Of a DNA stretch of 64,000 nt, positions 37,601 to 51,063 are shown one piece after another. A program made the translations under genes and the position numbers. Within the stretch, counting starts at the first letter, position 1, and the number at the start of each line of letters is the position of its first letter. Under the pieces are notes generated by a model, which saw only the letters and a list, made by a program, of their open reading frames with translations, was not told where the DNA came from and did no database searches. The DNA is from Azolla caroliniana (Eukaryota > Plantae > Polypodiophyta), in NCBI GenBank assembly GCA_043228905.1, contig JBHGNT010000002.1, forward strand, positions 10,540,001 to 10,604,000, in the 5' to 3' direction.

Positions 37601-40600
37601 TCATTCTCTGTAGGATTTTGGACTGAGTTGCCTCTGCTTCGTGGACAGCCCGTGTGCTTCCGGTAGAGGCTCCACAGTGCGGTCGGGGCTGTGTGCGTGC
37701 GTGAGCATCGTGTGTGTGCGTGTTCGCCTGAGTTGGGTCCGTTGCCGGCTTGCCGGTTGTAATCGTTATTAATTTTGTAATTAAGACTTTGTTCTCTCTC
37801 TCTTTCCCCCTCTGCGTTTCTGCAAGCTGTTCTCTCTCTCTCTCTCTTCTTTCTCACGCTCCTTGGTTCAAGGCCCCCGCGGTCCCGCCTCTTTCCACGC
37901 GCGAAGAGCGTAACAACTCGACATATTTGGTGAACCCGACGTGAAACAGGCGGCAAAGGCGTGAAGGATGAGGGGATCCGAGCTTGCTGATGCTATGGCC
38001 GTAGCCATCGACAGGCTAGTGAGCGCTCGCGAGGGAACGGGTGCCCTCGACAGGGTCATTGAGTCGATCGTCGGCACCATAGGTCGATTCGGTGGGAAGA
38101 ATGCCATGAGCAACTTGGAGGCCTACCGGGCCGAAATGATCATGAGGGATATCGCGGTGGACAGGTGGTTGTCCAGATTCCCTCGGGTGGTGACGCCGAG
38201 CATCCACGCAGAGGTGCTCGAGGTGCTGGCGGATGCCAGACTTGGGAGGAGTTCGCGCTACGGCTCCTCGAGATGTATGGGTTCAATGACTCGCTTCGGC
38301 TGTCGAAGCGAGATTTCATGGCATGGGTTGAGAGCCCTGGGAAGGGGAGGAACATGTCGGCGCTCCTCCAGGAGTTTGAGAAACAGTTCGCACGACTGTC
38401 AACACTGAACCGGACCGGGCTCGACACAAGCCGGGTACTACTATTCGTCAAGTCGGTGGACGCCATGGACCGGGAGAAGGTGGGTCTCCTCTTGGAAACA
38501 GATGAAGGGCTCACGGTAGACTAGACCATGGTAAGGAGGGTTTGCGGTCATTTCGACAAGCGGCGCGAGTAGAGTGACGAGAGCTCGTCGGCGGCAAGGC
38601 CGGTCCCGACGAGGGAGCTCGAGGAGCCGGTGTCGATACCGGCTAGGAAGGAAGAAACTCGGAGTTGGCTTGAGATGGGCTCAGCCCCGAGCGGAGTGAT
38701 CAAAGGTCCCTCCGGAGGCGCGGCTCTAGAAGAGTTGTCGCAGAAGATGCGAGAACTCCAAATCGCACAGGCCCGGAGGGACAGCGGCGAACAGTCTTGT
38801 GATCGAAGGCCGCCGCTGGGGCAACGGTGCATGTGGTGCGATGCGGTCCGCCACATATGGAAAGAATGCGCGGATTTCGCCGAGGCACTCAGGACCAACG
38901 TGGTGTACCTCTGGAACGGGCGGGTGCACGCGAGTGAGACCCGGAAAGCCCTAGAGTTGAATACGGGGCGCAACGGAATGAAGCGGTTGATGGAAGAGGC
39001 CGCGGCGCGACATGCAGAGGCTGTTAACTACTCGGTGTCGACGGGAATCCGGGTCGGGGGTGATGAGCCCCGGAAAGCGAAGGACTCCGAATTCTGGCTG
39101 CTGGTGCTAGAGGGTCTCTCCGGAGTACGGCTGAAGAAGGAAGAGGCAGACCGCGTGGAACAACGGCTCCGGGAGGTCACCGGATGGGACGACCCGGTGG
39201 AAGAAAAGACTGGCTTCGTGGCAGCCGCATGCCAGAACTACGAGGTTCTGGTAGAAGACAAGCAAGCGGGAAAGACCGGAGGGGGCGACCCCTCGCAGCG
39301 GTACGAGACCGGTTCAGACCGAAGGCGAATGAGGCCGCCAACGCCGGCACACCGGAGAAGAAGAAGTAGGCCGGTTTCCAGCTGAGCACTGAAATCGAAC
39401 TAATAACGGACCTGCGGAAGGTCCTGGAAGAGAGAATTCTTGACAACAAGGTCAAGCTGTCGTTAGGGGAGGTGCTGGGAATCGCCAAGAAGGAGTTCCA
39501 TGACTCCATCGTGAACTTGGTGAAGCGGAAGAGGCTCTCGACGGAGCCGGAACTGGAGAGGCCGGTGGAAGTGCGGACGACGCACTTAGAAGACACGGCC
39601 CTAGAGGATGAGTTGGCAGAAAGCCACTACGCGAAGCCGCATTGGGCTAGGGCCACTACGGAAACCCCTGTTCGGATTGGTGACGTCCAGGAGCTGGTGG
39701 TCGCATTGGTAGACCACAGTTCGGAGATCAACCTGATGTCCATGGACTTCTATAAAAAGGGGAAATGGCCAATCAACACCAAGCACGAGTGGAAGATACA
39801 CGCGGCGACGTGCGCTCCAGAGGAGCTGCATGGTGCGTGCCTGAACGTACGCGTGATAATCAACGACATCGAGGTAGATCAATATTTCTTCGTGTAGGAG
39901 ACTTCCTCGCACCTGGTAATTCTCGGCGAACCGTACATTACGGCAGCACGCATGGAGACGAAAGTGCTGGACAACGGTTCGGCATATGCGCGTGTCAAGA
40001 GCCAAGACAGTTGGCATTCCATCCAATTCATGACAGTGTGACCCAACCACGAGCGAAACCGCAAGACCCTCGACGGAGACAACCGAGGGGATTTTTAGAG
40101 AGGGCTATCAAGGCGTGGGGCCGGGATAGTCCAAACACCCCGGAAGAACCCCACACATGTATTATAGGTAGGAAATTTTGGCTCTCTAAAAACAGAGATT
40201 GAACGTTAACCGACATCAGTAGCCAGGAGAGGAAGTAGGCGGAGAGACGACTTAGGGTGTGTGGAGTCCTCTCCCCCGATGAAGAAATTAGTGGCGCCGT
40301 GGAGGCGGTCTCTTTTGACGACACCTTGGGCGAATTACGAAAGGTGGTCGGTGAAGGCCTTAGCAAAGACCGGACCGTTCCGGTTAGCTCAATGTGAATG
40401 TACGAAGTCATCGTAGACTTCAGGGAGAGGATTGGGTCGAGTCGAACGACCCGTGTGGATACGAAGTATAAGACCGTGGACCGGAAGGTGAGGCCAGTTG
40501 CGACACCCTTGCCGGAGGGCAGTAGAGAGAGGATAAAAGGGGTAGCGTCGGACCCAAGTTTATGGAATCCAGCCGGCATAGGGCACCGGTTCACCGACAT

Positions 40601-43600
40601 AACGCTACGAGAGCTCAAGGTTGGTGGGGGTGGCTTTCTACTGCCAGAGGAGGAGGACCGGTTTCGGAGGATGCTCGGAAAGGCACAGGAAGGCCTTCGC
40701 ATTCTCGTTGGAGGAGATCGGGTGCATACCGCATGTGCCGTGGAATCTCAAACCGATTCCGGTGCCCAGAGCTCACATCCCGATTTTGATGGAGCTACTG
40801 AAGCAGAAGGTGGATATGGGCATCCTCGAACCGTCGAGTGCTCCATACTTGAATCGGTGGTTCACGGTGTCGAATACGAGTGTTTACTGGCGGTATTCAC
40901 ACTGTCCCTTTGGACAACCCAAGTTCGGGCTATTTCTGTAAATAGCATAAAGGGCAGTTGCCCTAGGATAGTCACTATATAAAGTGACTTTGTAACCTTT
41001 AGTAAAGGTTGGTTGTCATTTGTAACTGTTGCTATTAGAATATAACTTTTCCTTTGTGCCTCTCTCTCTCTCTCCCCCTCTGTGTCTATCTTGCTCGTGC
41101 ATACACAGGTTCTTCTTCATCATGAATGTTTCTTGCACTTCCGCATTGACGGCCTTGTCCCCAACATTTGGTATCAGAGCGTTGGAGGTTCTTCAACCCG
41201 TTACCAGCCATCATCGCACAACGCAACATTCTGTTTTTCGTTTTCTTTGAAGAACAAAGAAGGGAGAAGAAAAAGACAAGAGCTCGCATCTCACTGTGTT
41301 AAATCACAAATTGGAGTAAGCTAGTCGGTTGTTCTTTGTTCCTGTGATTGTAACCGCTTGAGGGGAGCTGCTTGAGCAACAACCGACCCAATCGTGCTTC
41401 ATTCGGTTAAACAACATCCGAATAGGTCATCGGACACTATTCACCCGCTTGCTCTAACCACCCGCTACAAATTGGTCTCCTGGCAACAACCACTTCGTGC
41501 TTCACTCGGCTGATCGACATTCAGGAGGATCAGTTAGATCCGTCCCTCTCATCGCTGCAATCATCCGAAGCAAAATTGGCCCAAACATTTGGTTTCCGGC
41601 ATACAATCGGAAGCTAACCGGGCTCACTCTGACTCGGCAACAGTTGGGAAGACCAACCGGTTCTGTCCCTCAAGTTACCGTAGTCACTCCGAGCAAGTTC
41701 AGCAACGAGTATCCGAAACCAAACCAACTCGGGTTCAAAACCGACTAGAACGATATCGGGTGAGCTGACCGGCTACACCCCACTAAGGTTCGTAGTCAAC
41801 CCCGAACCGAGTCTTACCAACCGAAACCGAAGCAGATGGCATCAACATCTGGCTCATCGGAGATGAGTCTAAGGAGGTTCGATGGTTCGAACTTCAACTT
41901 CTAGAAGGAACAAATGCAGGACTATCTCATAGTCAAGGGTCAGATAGACCCGATTGAGAATGAAAATCCTCTGGAAGCATACAAGGCAAACAAGTGGCTA
42001 AAGTTGGACAGAATCGTCCACGCCACGATTCGGATGCACTTGTCGGAGTCAGTGTACTTCACAGTGCAGTCATGCACGACAACGTTTGAACTTTGGAAAA
42101 CACTGTCGGAAACTTATGAAAAGAAGGTTGCTGCAACGAAGATGTATCTAATCCGGCGCCTCTACAACTTGTGGATGAAAAAATCCGATTCGGTTCAAGC
42201 TCACCTCAACGAGTATGAAAGCATAAGCTCCCAAATCTTGTCTCAGGGGACGGAAATTAAGGATGAACTCAGAGCAATGATACGCATGAGTCGTCTCCCC
42301 TCTTCATGGGAATCTTTCGTTACAACTGTGTGCAATGCTTCAACAACTGCCGTTAAGTACTCCGAAGTCACGAGCGCAATCCTGACTGAAGCAGCTCGGA
42401 GAAAGTCTTTCGCCAAAGACTCGGCAGATGAAGCTTACGTACTACAAGGTTCGACCGACCGATTGAACAATCGGGGAAGAAGTTCTTCCCGACCGTTGAA
42501 CAATCAGCGAAGCTAGAGCAAGTCCCGGGACAACCGAATCTGCAACTACTGCAAAAAACCGGGACACATCAAAGCCGATTGTCGGGCACTCAAAGCAAAA
42601 ACGGACAAAGCCCAGAGAACGGATCAGAAGAGTAGCCGGCATGAGGAGGTCAACTACGTCGGCTCTTTAGTCAAAATTTTGATGACCGACCCGAACATAC
42701 TGTCCATAGAGAACCCAGTTGAATCAGAAGTTCTGCTTACGACTGAGGAATCGAGCACATGGCTCTTGGACTCGGGCGCATTGTATCATGTGACACCTCA
42801 CCGATCTCAGCTTCGGCAATACTCAAACCGGCAGTCCGACTCAGTTCGAGTTGGAAACTCGTAGCACTGTGCTATAATCGGAATCAACACTGTAGAGCTC
42901 AATCTTCCGGGAGGCTCTACACTCGTACTACACAACGTCCGACACGTTCCTGAGCTCTCAAGACCCTTGATCTCAGTCGGACAACTTGACGAAGCCGGCA
43001 TCCGTGCCGGATTCTCATCAGGAGGGTGGACACTCCACAAAGGGAACCTCCTGCTTGCTCGAGGACCAAAGGTACATTCCCTGTATCCTTTATATGTCAC
43101 ACTCAAAGAGGGTGACTTATTTTTGGTTGATATCCCCGTGTCATCGTTATGGCACGGACAACTTGGACACCTCAGCAAGGCCGGCATAACGCACCTATCC
43201 AGAGCTTGTTACATCCCCAAAGTCTTCTTCTCGGATCACCAATTCTGCGAGCATTGCCAGTACGGCAAACAGGTAGCCGCATCACACCCGACATAAGCAC
43301 CAAGAGAATCGAGCCCACTCAATTTGGTCCACTCGGACGTCTGTGGGCCGATGCCACATCAGTCTCTCAGCGGTGCTTCGTACTTGGTCAGTTTTATTGA
43401 CGACTCGACTCGGAAGGTGTGGGCTTACCCTATCAGAACCAAAGATCGGGTGTTCTCGATCTTCTCTGAATGGCTTGCAATGGTCGAAAATCAGACCGAT
43501 CGGAAAGAATGGAATTGCTGAACGTTTGAATCGGACGATTCAAGAACACGTAGTATCCATGCTCCAACATTCCGGACTGTCGGATGGCTTCTGGCGGAGG

Positions 43601-45619
43601 CTCTACTTACGGCAGTACACATAATCAATATGTCACCAAGTAGACCTCTAGGACTTCAAATACCTCAGGAAATATGGACTGGCAGTAAGCCGATTTATGA
43701 CAAACTGAGGATCTTCGGTTGCGAGGCGTATGCTCTCATACCGAAAGACGACCGCCGGAAACTCAAACCAAGGTCGAGGAAATGTGTTTTTCTTGGATAT
43801 GGACCCGATGGCGATATCGGATACTGACTTTGGGACCCCGAGCACAGACAAATCGTCCGAGGTTCGGTCGTGTTCAACGAGTCGGCTATGCATAAAACAG
43901 ACGAAAGGCCTATTCAAGTCCGAAGGGTAATATTTTCCGAAGTGCCAACCCTTCATGACGACCCAACCCACAACACGAGATCGGTTTCACGGGTAACTGA
44001 CAACTCTCGCACCGAATCCACCGATTCGGCGGAGCCGAATGGCTCGGCTCTCGACCATCTGACATTGACACCCAGTGCGACTAGTCCAGTCATACCTCGC
44101 AGATTCGAGAGATTGTCGCAACCTCCGAGGAGGTACTCTCCCGGAATTTTCTTTACCGGCGCCGACGAACCAATGTCTTATGAAGAAGCATCGGCATCTG
44201 CCGATTCAGCCACATGGCATCTGGCGATGGTTCGGAAATGCACTCCATTCGGGCAAATAAGACTTGGGACTTGGTCGAATTACCAAAGAATGGACGTGCT
44301 GTTCCGTGTAAGTGGGTCTATCGACTAAAAGAGACGTCTGACTCGACCACGCCAAAGTACAAGGCCAGATTAGTTGCGAAGGGATTTCGACAAGAATATG
44401 GCATTGACTTCAACAAAATCTTTTCACCAGTGGTGAAAATGACGACCCTTCGTTTCATGCTCGGCGTCGTGGCCGCTGACAACTTGGAGCTGATTCAGCT
44501 AGATGTAAAAACGACATTTCTCCATGGTGACCTACAGGAGGAAATCTATATGGAGCAGCCGAAAGGCTTTGTGGCATCCGGCCAGGAACATCTAGTCTAC
44601 CGACTCAAGAAGAGTCTCTACGGCCTGAAACAGGCACCCCGATAGTGGTACCAGAAGTTTGACGACTTCATCCAATCGGTCGGCTTCTCAAAGAGTGATG
44701 AGGACCACTGTCTCTTCACCAAAACAGCTCAAGACGGGTCTCCCGTCTTCCTCATCATCTACGTAGACGACATGCTACTCTCCGGTCGGCATGCCGGAGA
44801 GCTCACTGAACTCGTTCGGAAACTGCGGTAGAAGTTTGCCATGAAGGACCTCGGTCCAACAAGACACATACTCGGTATGAAGATTAGTCGGCATTGCGAT
44901 ACACGACAACTTTTCTTGTCTCAAACCGACTACATCGGACGTGTCTTGGAATGCTTCAACATGCACTCGGCCAAGTCTGCTTCAACCCCGCTCCCCATCA
45001 ACCTTCGGTTATCTCAGCGAGACTGCCCGACATCCGGTCCGAAGGGGGAAGATATGAAGTCGGTACCTTATGCACCGACAGTCGGCTCCCTTATGTATGC
45101 GATGGTCGCGACACGACCTGATATTTCTCACGATGTAGGAGGGTAAAAGCATGCGAGTGGAAACACTATTATAGCTAATTAGCTACTAAAATGGCCATAG
45201 CTAATTAGCTATTTGTTTAGCTAGTCTTTCTTGTGGGAAAATCAAATATTTGAAAAACTAATTTATGAAAAAACTCAAATATTTGAACTTCTGTTTCAGA
45301 CGTAGTGGAACTTGGGGAATATCACCATCATCTAAGGTCGACTTCAATGTCATCAATTTCCTGTTTAGCCTAAGTCTGATTTTGAACGCAGATGGAGTAC
45401 TCAGAGCACGAACGCAGACGTAGCTCCCGCAACAGCAAAAAATCGACATTGCAGATTGAGAGCTACAACACAGAACCCGCTCGATCATCGTCCAGGTATG
45501 TTTCAGTTACAGAAACCCCAAACATTTGTTTTTTCTTTTTGACTACTGTCTAAACTTTGGTGCCGATTCATATTTCCCCAAAATCGAATAGGGCGAAGTC
45601 CTTGGAGTCCCATACAAGG

Positions 45620-48600
45620 ATGTCTCGCAAATCGGGGAGTAGCAACAGGTGTGTTTATATTACTTTTTTTGTGTTTAATCCTGTCTTTAGTGATTAGGGT
45701 TTGTGATTGAAATTTCTGATTAGGGTTTGTGATTGAAATTTCTGATTAGGGTTTTTGATTATAAATTTCTGATTAGAATTTCTGAATAGGGTTTCTGGTT
45801 ACAAATTTTGATTACAAATTAGAAATTTGATTACAAATTATGATTAGGGTTTCTGATTTGCTAAGTTAAAGATTTTGCACCATTTTTGTTGTTGTTGATT
45901 GGGGTTTTTGATTCTCACATATTCTGATTTTGCACTATTTCTGATTTCTGAAATGATATTTCAGATGGCTCGTTCCTCCGTATACGAGAGTGCTAAACTT
46001 CGCAAAATTTTGCGAGACAAAGGAGGACTTCCACAACACCTATGGTCTGTCACTCGAGGGTGTTGACCCTGCTGTCCTAAGTGATAAATTGATCAGTGAT
46101 ATAGACTGGACGACAGTATATACAGTGCCTAGAGTCAAAGGCAAGGTCAAGCTGAAGCATGTACGAGCCGACTTGTACGATGACTACATGAGACTGCACC
46201 AGAAAGTTCATCAGGAGATCCCAGTCAACAATGAGTTGTCAGTTTCATTTGCTAGAGCATTTGCATATGAGTACTGCAAAACAGCGAAGGAATCTAGAGA
46301 CCCTGAAATGTATAGGGTAGCTTGGGCAGTCTATGGTGAGGCATCGGTAAAAAGATGCCGAAAGATGGGGACCTTGGCACAAAAAATAGACAGATTTTGG
46401 AGCATGGCAGCTGTTGATGCAACTGCCGACTCCCAGCAAGACCGGGGGCATACACCACACCGACACCGAAGGAAAGCCAATGTCGATGATACAGGTGAGA
46501 CATTGGTTAGCTATATGCTAAAAAATGTCCATGAAGCCTGTGAGACATTGGCATTTTTTAAGACTGATTTAGAGAAAGCCACAATGGCTTCTGCAATGGA
46601 GAGCAAAGTTACTTCTGCTGTTACAACAATTAGAAATAAGATTCAGGTAACTATTGTTTTGCTGGTATGTGATTGTGTTATAAATAACGGGTAAAATGTG
46701 CTAATCAAGCATTATCTGGAATAGGTTGCGCAACAGGAGCTTGAATTAGAGGGGCCACTGGATCCCCAGCGTAAAATAGAACTGCAAATAGAGATCCAGG
46801 TTCTTTCAATGAACCTGGACCTTCTAGGTGTAAATACTGTTGCAGATTACAATTTGGAGAAGCTTCAAGTAAGTTAACGATTCCTGAGCAAAGTTGGTGT
46901 ATCTTTCAACAACAAGAATAATTAATCGGTAAATTTCTCTGTTGCGTTGAAGGAACAATACATTCATCAAGAACAGGTAGTTAGCTGCCTTAAGAAGAAG
47001 CTACATTTTGTGGAGGGAATGGTAAGGACCAGACAGGATTTGGACCTGAACATTCTTGCTCCCTTACCAAATGAAGTAGAACCAGAAAATGATTTATTGA
47101 CAGTTCAAGCACGTTGCATCGCTTGCGGGTTAGGTGTGGAGGACAAAACTGCGTCTTTGTTGGTTCACCTACAACCATGCAACCACACATACCATCTGCT
47201 TTGTTTTCAACATGCCTGTCGAATTGCTGCATTCTGTTTGGGAGATTGCAGTACAACTCTACCAAATGAGTGGAGAAAACAAACAGGTATACCATACTGT
47301 AGCTAATAAGCTTAGTCTTTTCTAATTAGCTATCCTACTAGCTAATTAGCTACTGGCAGCTAATGAGCTACTAGCTAATTAGCTATCCTAGTAGCTAATT
47401 AGCTATGGTACTAGCTAATTAGCTAGTACCATAGTTGTGTAAAAAAGCTAAATAGCTATCCTACTAGCTAATTAGCCACTGGCAACTAATTAGCTATCCT
47501 AGTAACTACTTAGCTACTGCCATAGTTGTGTAAAGTAGCTAATAAGCTATCCTAGTAGCTAGTTAGCTATGGTACAAGCTAATTAGCTAGTACCATAGTT
47601 GTGTAAAAAAGCTAATTAGCTATCCTACTAGCTAATTAGCTATCATAGTAGCTAATTAGCTACTGACATAGTTGTGTAAAGTAGCTAATAAGCTATCCTA
47701 GTAGCTAGTTAGCTATGGTACTAGCTAATTAGCTAGTAGCATAGTTGTGTAAAATAGCTAATTAGCTATCCTACTAGCTAATTAGCTACTGGCAACTAAT
47801 TAGCTATCCTACTAGCTAATTAGCTATCCTACTAGCTAATTAGCTATCATAGTAGCTAATTAGCTACTGACATAGTTGTGTAAAGTAGCTAATAAGCTAT
47901 CCTAGTAGCTAATTAGCTACTGGCAGCTAATTAGCTATCCTAGTAGCTAATTAGCTACTGGCAGCTAATTAGCTGTCCTAGTAGCTAATAAGCTATCCTA
48001 GCTACTACATAGTTGAGAAAGTAGCTAATTAGCTTTCATTGTAGCTAATTAGCTATCCTAGCTACCACCATAGTTAGTAAAGTAGCTAATTAGCTATCCT
48101 AGCTACTACCATAGTTAGTAAAGTAGCTAATTAGCTATCCTAGCTACTACCATAGTTGAGTAAAGTAGCTAATTAGCTACCATAGTAGCTAATTAGCTAT
48201 CCTAGCTACTACTATAGTTGTGTAAAGTAGCTAATAAGCTATCCTACTAGCTAATTAGCTATCCTAGTAGGTAATTAGCTATGGTACTAGCTAATTAGCT
48301 AGTACTATAGTTGTGTAAAAAAGCTAATTAGGTATCCTACTAGCTAATTAGCCACTGGCAACTAATTAGCTATCCTAGTAACTAATTAGCTACTGCCATA
48401 GTTGTGTAAAGTAGCTAATAAGCTATCCTAGTAGCTAATTAGCTACTAGCAGCTAATTAGCTATCCTAGTAGCTAATTAGCTATCCTACTAGCTAATTAG
48501 CTACTACCATAGTTGAGTAAAGTACCTAATTAGCTATCCTACTAGCTAATTCGCTACTACCATAGTTGAGTAAAGTACCTAATTAGCTATCCTACTAGCT

Positions 48601-49592
48601 AATTAGCTACTGGCAACTAATTAGCTATCCTAGTAGCTAATTAGCTATCCTACTAGCTAATTAGCTGCTGGCAACTAATTAGCTATCCTACTAGCGAATT
48701 AGCTATCCTAGCGAATTAGCTATCCTAGTAGCTACTGCCATAGTTGTGTAAAGTAGCTAATAAGCTATCCTAGTAGCTAATTAGCTACTGGCAGCTAATT
48801 AGCTATCCTAGTAGCTGATTAGCTACTGGCAGCTAATTAGCTGTCCTAGTAGCTAATAAGCTATCCTAACTACTACCATAGTTGAGTAAAGTACCTAATT
48901 AGCTATCCTAACTACTACCATAGTTGAGTAAAGTACCTAATTAGCTATCATACTAGCTAATTAGCTATTGTACTAGCTAATTAGCTATCCTAGCTTCTAC
49001 CATAGTTTAGTAAAGTAGCTAATTAGCTATCCTAAATAACTGTCATGTTATTGTAGAATCTTGTGGATTAAGGACGGCACATGATGTGTCTGGTGCTGAT
49101 GATGCTGCAACAGATGAGGATACTACTGCCAATGTGGCTGAAAGTAAGAGTCCTGCTATCACATCTCCTTCAGATCAGCTGCACCCTATTCTTTTGGAAC
49201 AGTGTACTGAATTAGGCAACGATGTGAAATGCCATGAAATAGTGGAAACAACATGTAAAACTGAGGTTCACAACAACAGTGTTTATGAACACTTGATGCA
49301 ACATTTCTTCGAGTCTCAAGACCTTGATTCCACCCCACCGAGCCCAACTACTGAAAATGTCCAAACAGATCCCTCTGTACTTGAAAAGCTAGTTCAAGAA
49401 ACGGCTAATGTGCAATTAGCTGCTGAGGCGATGGGAAGGTTGTCGGAGGAGGACACACTTGCGCATTGGGTCCTAGAAGCAAGGCTAAATGGGGAACCAA
49501 CCAGAAAAAGGCTGAAGAAGGGGCCACGATCGGGAACAAGACCAGTTACTCGGTCAAGGGGCCCAGACGTAGTGGAGCGAAATACTGTTTAG
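45620..49592 (+). CDS. Transposon cargo gene: coiled-coil plus RING-H2-like protein (exons 45620-45648, 45965-46646, 46725-46868, 46953-47286, 49057-49592; ~574 aa)
   Basis: All four GT-AG junctions are phase-compatible (2,0,0,1) with no stops; C-x2-C-x17-C-x-H-x2-H-x2-C-x10-C-x3-C in exon 4; acidic tail ending in a basic NLS-like RKRLKK. Confidence 0.72.
45691..45860. repeat. Short repeats containing telo-box-like ATTAGGGTTT in cargo intron 1
   Basis: tgattagggtttgtgattgaaatttc repeated at a ~26-bp period, then decaying. Confidence 0.7.
47299..49033. repeat. Array 1 of the 14-bp palindrome TAGCTAATTAGCTA, filling cargo-gene intron 47287-49056
   Basis: Many tens of copies separated by a small set of short linkers (TCCTAG, TCCTAC, CTGG, CATAGTTGTGTAAAG). 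Confidence 0.97.
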
Positions 49593-49841
49593 TTGGATAT
49601 GATTGTTAGCTTAGGGATTTTGCTAGGGTTTTATGAAGTTTTACTATCCTGTTGGACAAGTAAAACCTCAGATTGGTTGTTGCTTGATCCACATTATGTA
49701 ATGGAACTCTATGATGTTTTTCCAAGATAATTTGAAGAGTGTTGTTCTATGACTGAAACTCTTTGATGTTCATGATATTGTTTTGTGAGACTATTAGTTA
49801 CTTTGTGAGTGTGAATATGTTGGTGTTTTCTGATGTTGCAG

Positions 49842-50896
49842 AGTCTAAAGGGTTTGATTCTATTGCTCGTAAGGCCAATGGCAGTGTGGATACTGTTGAT
49901 GTTGCGGCATGTTTAAAGGGCCCCATCTTGAAAGTAGATGTAGCAACTGACACAAGTGATCTGGTCACACAAGTTGATCAAGCATGTAGCACGGATGACT
50001 TGGTGTTGCAGGTAGATGCAGCATGTAGCACGGATGACTTGGTGTTGCAGGTAGATGCAGCATGTAGCACGGATGACTTGGTTTTGCAGGTAGATGCAGC
50101 ATGTGATACCAGTGGACTGATATCGAGCAGAACAGTAGCTACATGCACTGAGGTAATCCAAGGATTGATAACTAAGTCGACAAAACAAGAGCACCAGAAT
50201 GTGAAGCTAGGCCCAACACAGTCGACTAGGGGTTTAAAGAGGAAAAGGACACCAGTTGTGTCAGCCGAACCTGAGCTGATTGAGATTGATCGTATCCTAC
50301 CAGAAAATGGTGTAACAGCGGCTCAGTTTCAGGAATGGAAACCTAAACCACTAGAAGTCGAAAGAAGAGCCTTGATCTTGGAGCTGGATAAAGTCTTGAT
50401 GAGTGTGAGATATATGCAGCCAAGGAGGGACGCAAATCAGTTTCTAGAGTGGGCTGTGGAGTACTTTGATTTGTTTATTTGGAGTGAAAAACCAAAATCA
50501 GATGTGTGGAAGTGTTTGGCAAGATTCTTCCCAAAATGGCGAAGTCGTTTTAAAGGTCAATGGGCACGAGGAAATTGTGAGCAGATGGAAGCTGCAAGAT
50601 TCAAGAGACTTTCTGATTTTTGGGCTACTTGGCCTGAATATAATGCTGACAATACATTGATTTTGGATACAGAACATTTCCGACACTACTTCAATATTCG
50701 GAGATGCTGTCTCATTCTACCCGAGGAAATGCCTGAACAGTACTTGGTGCAAACAGTGAGCTGCCAACTAGGTGCATGGTTGTGGACTCCATACCGAGCT
50801 CAATATGCGGATAATATATGTAGACTCGTTCCACTGACTAGCAAGAGCTTAGCTGTTTATAGGAGATTTGTAGACATTTCCAATGGTAATTTATAA
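49842..50896 (+). CDS. Cargo exon/ORF with FCP1/SCP (NIF, HAD-fold) phosphatase-like domain, catalytically degenerate
   Basis: LILELDKVL (vs LVLDLDETL), RRDANQFLEWAVEYFDLFIWS, KRLSDFW..YNADNTLILD. Phase-1 acceptor TTGCAG| at 49841; preceded by 13-aa repeats and LKRKR. Confidence 0.68.
49955..50110 (+). repeat. 39-bp coding repeat (DLVLQVDAACSTD x ~4)
   Basis: Visible in the ORF translation and in the DNA. Confidence 0.9.
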
Positions 50897-51063
50897 ATAT
50901 GTAAAGAGATGACATTATTCAATGAAGAATTTAATTACTTGTTCCCACTGTACTTATCTACTGTGTAATTTGAGGAATATGTTGCAGATTGTTGATTTCA
51001 TTCTATTGATGACTATTTAGTTATTGACAGCTAATTAGCTGCATTTGTACAACTAATTAGCTG

